A stretch of DNA of 24,000 bases from an uncultured Candidatus Bathyarchaeia archaeon. Its GTDB lineage: Archaea > Thermoproteota > Bathyarchaeia > 40CM-2-53-6. The DNA is taken from contig CAZJVZ010000003.1 in assembly GCA_964549795.1 (NCBI GenBank), positions 20,249 to 44,248 of the forward strand. The letters run 5' to 3'. Both the position numbers and the translations under genes were made by a program. Below, in pieces: positions 9,576 to 16,650 of the stretch (within the stretch, counting starts at the first letter, position 1; each line of letters begins with the position of its first letter). The notes below the pieces were generated by a model. The model searched no databases and had not been told where the DNA came from. It saw nothing but the letters and a program-made list of their open reading frames with translations.

Positions 9576-10967
9576 ATGGCATCTGAGATGGATGAACGCC
9601 GTCTATTCGGCACCAACGGCGTCAGAGGAGTCGTCAACAAGGACCTAACACTTGAGCTGGTCCTTGAACTGTCACAGGCCATCGGGACCTTCTTCAAAGG
9701 AGGAAAGATGATCGTCGGCTCCGACGGTCGAACGAGCAGCCCAGCACTTCGCAATCTTGCAATGGGCGGACTCGCCTCTGTGGGCTGTGATGTGTACGAC
9801 ATCGGTGGAGCACCAACCCCCATGATCGATTTTCTGACGCGCGCCTGGAAGGCCGATGGCGGCATCGCCATCACGGCAAGCCACAACCCGCCCGAGTACA
9901 ATGGAATCAAGACCATCGCCCCAGACGGAATCGAGACTGACAGGCACGAGGAGCTCGAGATCGAGAAGATCTACTTTGCCCGTTCCTGGAAGAGAGCAGA
10001 ATGGAACCGCGTGGGGAAGATGCTGAAAGCCGACTCAGGGTTGCGTGAGTATTTCGACTCGATCAAGGGGCAGGTAGATCTTGAAGCGATACAATCACGT
10101 CACCTTAGAGTCGCTGTTGATCCCGGGAATGGTATCTCGGCTGTAACAACACCAGCCCTGATGTCGGAACTGGGATGCAGAGTCATTACTGTGAACAGCA
10201 ATGTCGACGGGGCATTTCCGGGCAGACTATCTGAGCCAAGGCCAGAGACGACAAGTTCGCTCGCAGATCTGGTGAAGTCCTCCGGGGCCGATTTCGGAGT
10301 GGCGCTTGATGGAGATGGTGACAGAGCGATATTCGTTGACGAGACCGGGAAACCGCACTGGGGCGATCGAAGTCTGGCTTTGATCGCCGACAAATACTGG
10401 TCAGCCAAGCCGGGAAGCACAGTTGTGACACCGGTCAGCTCATCGAGAGCCCTTAAGGAGATCGCGGACGCACGAGGCGGAAAGATTGTCTGGACGCGAG
10501 TCGGTAGTGTCGATGTTTCTCACAAGATGGTGGAGATAGGGGCGGAGCTTGGTGCAGAGGAGAACGGCGGAATCTTCTACGCGCCACACATCGCAGTCCG
10601 AGATGGCTCCATGGCCTCAGCCCTCATCGCGGACATCCTAGTCAAGTCGAAGCAGCCACTCTCGAAGCTTCTGTCTGTCCTCCCATCCTACGAGCTGGCA
10701 AAGGAGAAGGTCCCCTGTCCGAACAACTTGAAGAGGGATGTCCTAGACGGTCTCCGAGATCGCACGAGCAAGTACAATCCCGAGACGATCGACGGAGTCA
10801 AGCTCATCCTGGAGGATGAGACCTCGGTCCTACTGAGGCCGAGCGGAACCGAACCCATCTTCAGAATATTGGCAGAAGCAAGATCAGAGAGCGCCGCAAG
10901 AAACCTAGCTGAGCAATACAAAGTGATGGTCAACGAGATCATCAAAGAGAAGACCCGTGATGCTTGA
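9576..10967 (+). CDS. phosphoglucosamine mutase / phosphomannomutase (alpha-D-phosphohexomutase family)
   Basis: Active-site TASHNPPEYNGIK, metal site ALDGDGDR, sugar loop GAEENGG and phosphate loop LRPSGTEP. The ATG at 9576 gives MASEMDERRLFGTNGVRG. The ORF-track start at 9510 would overlap the previous gene. Confidence 0.9.
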   Translation: MASEMDERRLFGTNGVRGVVNKDLTLELVLELSQAIGTFFKGGKMIVGSDGRTSSPALRNLAMGGLASVGCDVYDIGGAPTPMIDFLTRAWKADGGIAITASHNPPEYNGIKTIAPDGIETDRHEELEIEKIYFARSWKRAEWNRVGKMLKADSGLREYFDSIKGQVDLEAIQSRHLRVAVDPGNGISAVTTPALMSELGCRVITVNSNVDGAFPGRLSEPRPETTSSLADLVKSSGADFGVALDGDGDRAIFVDETGKPHWGDRSLALIADKYWSAKPGSTVVTPVSSSRALKEIADARGGKIVWTRVGSVDVSHKMVEIGAELGAEENGGIFYAPHIAVRDGSMASALIADILVKSKQPLSKLLSVLPSYELAKEKVPCPNNLKRDVLDGLRDRTSKYNPETIDGVKLILEDETSVLLRPSGTEPIFRILAEARSESAARNLAEQYKVMVNEIIKEKTRDA

Positions 10968-11961
10968 CCCACAGTCCTGCGTCATGGCCGCAGTCGTTTC
11001 TATAGGTGCCTTTGCAGCGACTTACCTCACGATTCAGCCCATTGCCTCGTGGATGAGGAATCATGGTATCACTGGGATCGATATCCACAAGCTAGACAAG
11101 CCGAAGATACCCGAAATGTGCGGGCTCTCAATCATTGCCGGCCTTGCCGTGGCAGGCGTGCTTTCATCGGCACTGTTTCTTGGGTACTCGCGCGAAGTCG
11201 CCGCGTTTCTTGGGACTGTGTTGATCGCCGGGGCAATTGGAGCCATCGACGACCTCAGGCCACTCACCCCGAAACTGAAGCCCGCCCTGACGGCCCTCGC
11301 TGCAGCTCCGATCCTTCTACTGGGCACCTACAATCCTCACCCGTTTTTCCCACTCATCGGTAGCACAAGATTGACGATCATCTATCCCATCTTGATCCTG
11401 TTCGCAATAGCAGTACCCGCGAACGCGGTCAACATGCTCGACGTCTTCAACGGCGCCATGAGCGGGACTCTCGCGATCGTCTCGTTGGCGCTCGGTCTGA
11501 TTCTTTTTCTGTCAGGAAGCCTGACCGCGGCGAGCCTCGCGTTGGCGCTACTTGGCTCTTTGGTTGCGTTCTATCTGTTCAACCGCTATCCAGCGCGCGT
11601 ATTCATAGGGGACACCGGAAGTCTCGCGGTTGGGGCCGCTGTCGGAGCGCTCGCAGTAATAGGACGCATAGAAGCCGCCACGGTTGTGGCATTGGCGCCC
11701 TACATAATGAACGCGTTCTATGGGCTCGCGTCTGTCGGCCGACTCTACGAGAGACGAGAGATCAAGTCACGTCCTGTCAGGTTGAGGGACGATGGAATGC
11801 TGGAAGCGACCGCGGACAGAAATGCCCCTGTGACTCTTACGAGGTTGATCCTCGCCGAAGGCCCACTCCGGGAACCACAGATTGTTCACATGATGCTGCT
11901 GCTGACAGCAGTCTCGTCTGCGCTCGCCGTGCTCACGTACTTGCTTCAAGGAGGGCTGTAG
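10960..11961 (+). CDS. UDP-GlcNAc:dolichyl-phosphate GlcNAc-1-phosphate transferase (GT4 MraY/WecA/AglH/ALG7 family)
   Basis: Polytopic membrane protein with AIDDLRPLTPKLK, NAVNMLDVFNG and VFIGDTGSLAVG motifs. The ATG at 10960 (GTG at 10957) overlaps the stop of the mutase gene. Confidence 0.8.
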   Translation: MLDPQSCVMAAVVSIGAFAATYLTIQPIASWMRNHGITGIDIHKLDKPKIPEMCGLSIIAGLAVAGVLSSALFLGYSREVAAFLGTVLIAGAIGAIDDLRPLTPKLKPALTALAAAPILLLGTYNPHPFFPLIGSTRLTIIYPILILFAIAVPANAVNMLDVFNGAMSGTLAIVSLALGLILFLSGSLTAASLALALLGSLVAFYLFNRYPARVFIGDTGSLAVGAAVGALAVIGRIEAATVVALAPYIMNAFYGLASVGRLYERREIKSRPVRLRDDGMLEATADRNAPVTLTRLILAEGPLREPQIVHMMLLLTAVSSALAVLTYLLQGGL

Positions 11962-11962
11962 T

Positions 11963-12217
11963 GTGCGAGTGATCGCTCTGACAGGACTCGTCGTCTTCGT
12001 CTGTCTTTCGGTGATTCTAGGAATCTTTGTCTTGGTCAGAGTGGTGATGTTCGTCCTGCCTTCGTCGCTCACAGAATTCAGAATTGTCACTGACGTTCTC
12101 AGGGTGGTTCTTGCCGTCGTGCTCGCGTACGCTTGGCTTCGCCTTTGGAAGATTATCACTGATTCATACTTCTGGCGGTCCATTGGTGCTGTCAAGATAG
12201 ACCAAGATGAGCCATGA
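11963..12217 (+). CDS. small hypothetical membrane protein (84 aa, two predicted TM helices)
   Basis: The GTG start lies 1 nt after the transferase stop (TAGTGTG), suggesting translational coupling. Two hydrophobic helices are visible. No recognisable family. The 3' end overlaps the convergent DUF354 gene by 26 nt. Confidence 0.4.
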   Translation: MRVIALTGLVVFVCLSVILGIFVLVRVVMFVLPSSLTEFRIVTDVLRVVLAVVLAYAWLRLWKIITDSYFWRSIGAVKIDQDEP

Positions 12218-13262
12218 CGAAGCTCACCGGGTCCTGCATTCTGGCCAGCACGCGATCAGCCTTCTCCTTCTGACGCTTGGCAATTCCGGGATCAGCTAGG
12301 AACTTGCGAACCCTACCCAAGACTCTCTCTGGAGTAAGCATCCTCTCTGCAAGTCCAAGCCTGAACAAGTATCTATCCACATAAGTTGGGTTGGATGGAA
12401 AGCAGCTGATCGTGGGGATTCCCATGAGTGCTGCTTCCGCGCTCATGGTTCCTCCTGCGCCGACGAAGGCCGAAGCTCGCGAGAGTAGGCCGATGGCATC
12501 AACGACACTGGCGGGAACGGCGGCAACATCCGAGAATTCCTTGGTGAGCGTCTCAACTTGCTTCTCGTATCGCGGCAACATCACGACTTGGGCACCAAGT
12601 CCAGCGAGCGGACGCGCCAAATGTGTGACAATGCTCCTCTGTGCCCCGGTCTGGATGAAATAGGAGGCGTATTCCTCTTCTGTCCGTAGCACAACGATAG
12701 GCTTCTCATCACGCAGCTCTAGCGCGCCTGTGAGATCAGCTCCGGGAGCGTACGCGCGGATCCAGGCGGCAGGGTCAAGAGCGTTGTACCGTGCGATGTC
12801 AGATGAGGTGATGCCGTATCGCTTCCACGCACTCTTGGGCACAGCTCTCGGGGTGAACAGTCTCTTTGACAAAGGAATTGCCAGCCTACAGACTGCTTCG
12901 GCGTGTGGGGAGTCGCAAAGAGCGTAGTGTGGAACCCGCAGTCCATATGCCACTCTCGCAGCCTCTGGCGAACAGAAGGAGATTGCCAGATCCAGCCGCT
13001 TGTCGACGACGAACTCCGCGAGCTCCCTGACTCTCTTGGAACTCTCCGTGAGTTTTGCTGCAAGGTCAGCGCCGCCGTGTCTTCCGATCGCAGTTGCGCT
13101 CGTGTTGCGTACTCGCAGCAGTTGCTCCACCTCCCTGTAGTGTCTAGTGGTGACAAGAGTCTCGTGTCCGCGCTCAGCCAGCCTTCGAACAAAGACGGAG
13201 AAGAGGTTCGCCTGTTTCGGAGTCAGCACATCGATCCAGATTCTCTTTGCAGCGTTGCCCAT
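12192..13262 (-). CDS. DUF354 family protein (archaeal, GT-B / UDP-GlcNAc 2-epimerase-like fold)
   Basis: The N-terminus KRIWIDVLTPKQANLFSVFVRRLAERGHETLVTTRHYREVEQLL resembles the DUF354 pattern as I recall it. Size is about 350 aa, with a C-terminal GGTMSAEAALMGIPTIS nucleotide-sugar-binding-like loop. Confidence 0.6.
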   Translation of the reverse strand: MGNAAKRIWIDVLTPKQANLFSVFVRRLAERGHETLVTTRHYREVEQLLRVRNTSATAIGRHGGADLAAKLTESSKRVRELAEFVVDKRLDLAISFCSPEAARVAYGLRVPHYALCDSPHAEAVCRLAIPLSKRLFTPRAVPKSAWKRYGITSSDIARYNALDPAAWIRAYAPGADLTGALELRDEKPIVVLRTEEEYASYFIQTGAQRSIVTHLARPLAGLGAQVVMLPRYEKQVETLTKEFSDVAAVPASVVDAIGLLSRASAFVGAGGTMSAEAALMGIPTISCFPSNPTYVDRYLFRLGLAERMLTPERVLGRVRKFLADPGIAKRQKEKADRVLARMQDPVSFVMAHLGLS

Positions 13263-13375
13263 CCGAGGTCCCCTATTGCGGTATCAGCCACATCGTCGTG
13301 ATTGTTCGATTCCAAGCTAAGGAGCAGCAGCCCTAAATACGCCTTCCATTCGAGCGTACGTTTTGGTGTTTCTGA

Positions 13376-14758
13376 GTGGCGCCCTCCGAACTCATGACAA
13401 TGGACCCGCGCGATATCCCAGCGAGACTGAGACGCGGCCTGCTAACCGTTGAGATGGTCGGACTTGGATGGATGGGCTTGCCCCTGGCATGTCTCTTCTC
13501 TGAGGCTGGCGCCCGAGTCATCGGAGCAGACCAGAACTCGTCTCTGGTCAAGGCGATCAACTCCGGGAAGTCGCCGATCAAGGAGGAAGGCCTACCAGAA
13601 CTTGTCAGGAAGGTCGTTGGCTCAGGCAAGTTGGTCGCGACCGCAGACACGGAGGACGCCTCATCGAAGAGCGACATAATCGCAATCATGGTGCCGACAC
13701 TGATCGACCGGCACAAGAAACCATACTACCAACACGTGGAGGAGGCATGTGTTGAGATCGGCAAGGGGATTCGCTCTGGATCACTTGTGCTCTTCCAGAG
13801 TACATGCGGGCCTGGCGTTACCGACAGAGTCGTCAAGGCAACGATCGAGAAACACTCTGGACTCAAAGCCGGAAATGATTTCGGACTTGCATACAGCCCC
13901 ATTAGGGCAATGGGAGGTCAAGGACTGACCGACATGCGAAAATACGCAAGGGCTGTGGGCGCCATTGACAAGAGAAGCCTAGACGTGACGGTCGCAGTAC
14001 TTTCATGCATCGTTGATGGGCAGCTGATCAGAATGCGAGACATACCTACTGCTGAGGCTTCGAAGCTGTTCGAGACAGTATACAGAGACGTCGTCATAGC
14101 ACTTTCTAACGAGTTCGCAATCTTCTGCGAGGAAGCAAGAATCGACTATCTTCAGGCAATGATGGCAGCCAATTCTCAGCCTTACTCCCACCTGCTCTTG
14201 CCTGGGGCCGGCGTAGGAGGACACTGCCTTCCCGTCTATCCCTATCTTCTCGCAGCTGAAGCAGACAGCACGAAACTGAGAATCCCCATGGATTCGCGTC
14301 GTACCAACGATCAGATGCCCAGTCACGTTGTAAGACTCGCCACCGAGGGCCTGAGAATCTGTGGCAAGAGTGTGAAGAGGTCAAGGTTCACGGTGCTCGG
14401 CATCGCGTATCGCCCGAACGTGAAGGAGACTAGGTTCTCACCTTCAATCGAGCTTATCAGCCTACTGAGAAGGCGGGGGAGTAGAGTTTCTGTGTATGAT
14501 CCCTTGTACGCCCCAGAAGAACTCAAGCATATGGGCTACCACGCGGAGCCGACGTTGCCGGGCGCGTTAGAGAGAGCAGACTGTGCAGTTCTGGCAGTGG
14601 CTCACGATGAGTTCAGATCGATCAAGGCCATTGACCTGGCTGCCAACATGTCAAAGAACTCTGTCGTCGTCGACTGCACAGGAACCCTTGAACCGCAAGA
14701 CATAGAAAAGGTAGGCCTCACCTACAGAGGCATCGGGAGAGGACTCTGGTCCAAGTGA
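13376..14758 (+). CDS. nucleotide-sugar dehydrogenase, UDP-ManNAc dehydrogenase (WecC)-like
   Basis: Rossmann motif VGLGWMGLPLACLFSEAGARVIGAD, catalytic GVGGHCLPVYPY, and a C-terminal UDP-binding domain (VLGIAYRPNVKETRFSP). The start is uncertain: GTG 13376, ATG 13394 or ATG 13400. Confidence 0.8.
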   Translation: MAPSELMTMDPRDIPARLRRGLLTVEMVGLGWMGLPLACLFSEAGARVIGADQNSSLVKAINSGKSPIKEEGLPELVRKVVGSGKLVATADTEDASSKSDIIAIMVPTLIDRHKKPYYQHVEEACVEIGKGIRSGSLVLFQSTCGPGVTDRVVKATIEKHSGLKAGNDFGLAYSPIRAMGGQGLTDMRKYARAVGAIDKRSLDVTVAVLSCIVDGQLIRMRDIPTAEASKLFETVYRDVVIALSNEFAIFCEEARIDYLQAMMAANSQPYSHLLLPGAGVGGHCLPVYPYLLAAEADSTKLRIPMDSRRTNDQMPSHVVRLATEGLRICGKSVKRSRFTVLGIAYRPNVKETRFSPSIELISLLRRRGSRVSVYDPLYAPEELKHMGYHAEPTLPGALERADCAVLAVAHDEFRSIKAIDLAANMSKNSVVVDCTGTLEPQDIEKVGLTYRGIGRGLWSK

Positions 14759-14823
14759 TTGGATCAGCAGGACCAATGACCAAAGAAACGCCCAAAATGC
14801 ATTGTGTGTGAGAGGCGAGCTAG

Positions 14824-15093
14824 TTGAAGAAGAGACTGATGGACATACTCGCATGCCCAATTGACAAGACGTATCCACTGGGCCTTCACGTCTTCGAAGA
14901 GGGCGAGGAGATCGTCTCGGGCATCATACTATGCCCAAAGTGCAACCGATGGTATCCTATAATCGATGAGATCCCACACATGTTGCCTGACGACCTGAGA
15001 GAAGAGAAGGAAGATGTGGCTTTCCTTCGGAAATGGAAGGAAAAGATCCCGCCCAGTACGCTCACTGAAGGCCGCCCCTTCAAGCTCACATGA
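14824..15093 (+). CDS. Trm112 family protein (methyltransferase activator-like zinc-ribbon fold)
   Basis: LMDILACPIDK...LCPKCNRWYPIIDEIPHMLPDD matches the Trm112/UPF0434 pattern. The first CxxC is degenerate (one Cys only). TTG start, with ATG at 14839 as the alternative. Confidence 0.7.
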   Translation: MKKRLMDILACPIDKTYPLGLHVFEEGEEIVSGIILCPKCNRWYPIIDEIPHMLPDDLREEKEDVAFLRKWKEKIPPSTLTEGRPFKLT

Positions 15094-15115
15094 TACATCT
15101 CGCGGAAATGAAGGA

Positions 15116-15121
15116 TTTATA
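15116..15121 (+). promoter_or_regulatory. putative TATA box for the tRNA-Gln gene
   Basis: TTTATA preceded by the purine-rich GAAATGAAGGA (BRE-like). It lies 41 nt upstream of tRNA position 1, which implies a short 5' leader of about 15-20 nt. Confidence 0.5.
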
Positions 15122-15171
15122 GCAACGGTGAGGACTCGGGGTAGCTCGGCCCGGAGCTTACAGCCCGGTGG

Positions 15172-15193
15172 AGGAGCCTGATACTCCGCCGAA
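15172..15193 (+). other. tRNA intron 1 (22 nt, between tRNA positions 10 and 11)
   Basis: The central 4-bp helix pairs C5G6G7U8 (15166-15169) with GCCG (15188-15191). The 3-nt bulges are GGA (15170-15172) and AAU (15192-15194). The inner helix is GGAG (15173-15176) / CUCC (15184-15187). The outer helix is weak, so this is a relaxed BHB. Confidence 0.65.
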
Positions 15194-15205
15194 TGTAGTG
15201 GACAA

Positions 15206-15226
15206 AGGAACACTCATTCCGTCTAG
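15206..15226 (+). other. tRNA intron 2 (21 nt, between last D-loop nucleotide and position 22)
   Basis: The central helix is GGAC (15200-15203) / GUCU (15221-15224), with bulge AAA (15204-15206). The inner helix is GGAA (15207-15210) / UUCC (15217-15220). The 3' site lies in AGG (15225-15227). The outer helix is not stacked, so this is also a relaxed BHB. Confidence 0.6.
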
Positions 15227-15242
15227 GCATAGCGGGCTTTGG

Positions 15243-15262
15243 TTCTCTTCCGATGAGAAGAA
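15243..15262 (+). other. tRNA intron 3 (20 nt, canonical position 37/38)
   Basis: Canonical hBHBh' motif. The anticodon stem forms the outer helix. The central helix pairs C32U33U34U35 (15237-15240) with GAAG (15257-15260). The bulges are GGU (15241-15243) and AAA (15261-15263), closed by a short inner hairpin. Confidence 0.8.
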
Positions 15263-15283
15263 ACCCGCCGACGGGAGTTCGAA

Positions 15284-15306
15284 AGGCTCGTGCACGAGCC
15301 CGAGAA
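15284..15306 (+). other. tRNA intron 4 (23 nt, T-loop position 59/60)
   Basis: Perfect hBHBh' motif. The T stem forms the outer helix. The central helix is UUCG (15278-15281) / CGAG (15301-15304). The bulges are AAA (15282-15284) and AAU (15305-15307). The inner helix is GGCUCG (15285-15290) / CGAGCC (15295-15300) with a UGCA loop. Confidence 0.85.
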
Positions 15307-15411
15307 TCTCCCCCGGGCTACCATTCTACAACGTCAAGCAACACCACCCAGTATCCTGCGTCACCTGTGGGCGATTCCACCCGCATAGGCCCGCACTATC
15401 TCAGGACGAAA

Positions 15412-16188
15412 TCACAATTGCTGAGCTCCACACGATCCGCAGAATCTGTCATCTGCGAGCATAGTGGTTCCACAGTACATGCAGTATTTCACGCTAGGGG
15501 AAAGTGGAGGTGGCCTCGTCTCCAACTTGAATGGAGAAGACGCAAGCGCGGCTCTCCTGAACCTGAAGAAGATCACCCATCCTGCCGCGATGATTATGCT
15601 AGCGATCATGATCGCATTCAAAGCCTGAGCAGCAACTAGCGCATAGTCGAATGCCGTGTGCAGCATGGTTGCGAGACCTAGGCCTGCGAGGCCCGAAACA
15701 CGTCCAGTCCCGAGTTTCTGGCGGGCCAAGTAGTATCCGATGATTGATCCCCAAAGCGCATGCCCCGGAACTGAGAGGACAGCTCGCACGATCCCCAAGA
15801 ACGCTCCTCGACTCAACACATATATCAGATTCTCAGGCGCTGCGAACCCCAACCCAGCTATTGCACCATACACCAGACCGTCCATCAGCTCATTGAACTC
15901 GCGTGACTTGTACACCGAAAGCCGGACCGCCAGTAACTTGGATGACTCTTCCACGAACGCCACGACAATCAAGAAATGAAGGAACAGCGCGAGTGGGTCA
16001 CTCGATGCCGGGAGAAACAAGCTTCCGACTGCTTCGGCGAAGATCACTGGGACGACAAGGATTGCGCCCAGTACGAAAGTCTTCACGATCAGCCTGCGCG
16101 GTTCCCGCTCATACCGATCTCTAGTGTACACGTACCAAGCGAGAAACACGATTGGAGCAATCGCGATGACGACGAGCCCAAGGTCCAT
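15412..16188 (-). CDS. PrsW family intramembrane metalloprotease with C-terminal zinc-ribbon
   Basis: Polytopic membrane protein with YVYTRDRYEREP, FVEESSKLLAV and HALWG/HTAFD PrsW-type motifs. The C-terminal tail YCMYCGTTMLADDRFCGSCG is a CxxC...CxxC zinc ribbon. Confidence 0.75.
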   Translation of the reverse strand: MDLGLVVIAIAPIVFLAWYVYTRDRYEREPRRLIVKTFVLGAILVVPVIFAEAVGSLFLPASSDPLALFLHFLIVVAFVEESSKLLAVRLSVYKSREFNELMDGLVYGAIAGLGFAAPENLIYVLSRGAFLGIVRAVLSVPGHALWGSIIGYYLARQKLGTGRVSGLAGLGLATMLHTAFDYALVAAQALNAIMIASIIIAAGWVIFFRFRRAALASSPFKLETRPPPLSPSVKYCMYCGTTMLADDRFCGSCGAQQL

Positions 16189-16433
16189 TGACTATCAAGC
16201 CCCGTTCGGCGCATCGATCTAGTGACTGATCGCAGCGGATTCCCTGCTTGAACGGAACAGCGCCCTGCCGGTCAGCTATTTCTGCATTGCCATTGACATC
16301 AGTCACAGCCCAATACAATCACTGATCTTGAACAGAAGGCCCGCTCCAGCCAGACTCCCGGGAGATCTCGGGGCGCAGTGACGCAAAGAGTTATCGTCTC
16401 GTGACCAGCATCAATCTCGCAGAGGTGGACAGC

Positions 16434-16634
16434 ATGGTTTGGAAATATATCGAAGTCGTCGGAGAATCGTCCGAAAGCTTCGCCGATGCGGTCCGAGAAG
16501 CCGTAGAAGAGGCAACAAAGACCGTACGCGGGATGGAGTGGTTCGAAGTGACTTCCCTGCGAGGAAGAATCACGAAAGACAAGGTTGGACTGTTTCAGGT
16601 AGCCGTGAAGATAGGCTTCAAGGTGGAACGATAG
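16434..16634 (+). CDS. dodecin family flavin-binding protein (66 aa)
   Basis: MVWKYIEVVGESSESFADAVREAVEEATKTVRGMEWFEVTSLRGRI...FQVAVKIGFKVE matches the dodecin pattern. GAGGTG lies 6 nt upstream of the ATG at 16434, supporting this start over 16401. Confidence 0.8.
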   Translation: MVWKYIEVVGESSESFADAVREAVEEATKTVRGMEWFEVTSLRGRITKDKVGLFQVAVKIGFKVER

Positions 16635-16650
16635 AACTAGGTGCCGCTTG

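Larger units (their letters stand above)
15162..15323 (+). tRNA. tRNA-Gln(UUG) gene interrupted by four BHB introns, CCA encoded
   Basis: Exons are 15162-15171, 15194-15205, 15227-15242, 15263-15283 and 15307-15323. Joined, they give AGCCCGGUGGUGUAGUGGACAAGCAUAGCGGGCUUUGGACCCGCCGACGGGAGUUCGAAUCUCCCCCGGGCUACCA (76 nt). This has a perfect 7-bp acceptor with A1:U72, D stem GUGU/GCAU, D loop AGUGGACAA, anticodon stem GCGGG/CCCGC and loop CUUUGGA. It also has variable loop CGAC, T arm GGGAG-UUCGAAU-CUCCC and discriminator A. Confidence 0.8.

Noticed and set aside
15172-15190. First tRNA model using GGAG-AGCCUGAUA-CUCC as the D arm, with a single 43-nt intron before the anticodon stem (three introns in total).
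   Set aside because: It needs either a missing nucleotide 9 or an A:C mismatch in the D stem, and its D loop lacks G18G19. No BHB can be drawn at any of the three possible junctions. The four-intron model gives a canonical D arm (GUGU/AGUGGACAA/GCAU) and BHBs.
15137-15330. SRP (7S) RNA or RNase P RNA in the long non-coding gap. GGUGG and UGUAGU resemble Alu-domain motifs, and the ends GGUAGC/GCUACC are complementary.
   Set aside because: There is no helix-8 GGAA/AGCA motif and no RNase P GAGGAAAGUCC core. The order of the Alu-like motifs is wrong. The same nucleotides are fully explained by a tRNA-Gln with four BHB introns: UGUAGUGG is the D arm, and GGAG...CUCC is the intron-1 hairpin.
15324-15411. 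Possible additional small RNA (C/D box or other) in the 88-nt spacer between the tRNA and the prsW stop.
   Set aside because: There is no RUGAUGA/CUGA box pair with proper spacing on either strand. Only weak hairpins are present. Left unassigned.
16357-16373. Imperfect palindrome CCCGGGAGATCTCGGGG upstream of the dodecin gene, as a possible operator or terminator.
   Set aside because: Only the 8-bp GAGATCTC core is perfect. There is no second copy in the window and no T tract. This is insufficient to call a site.
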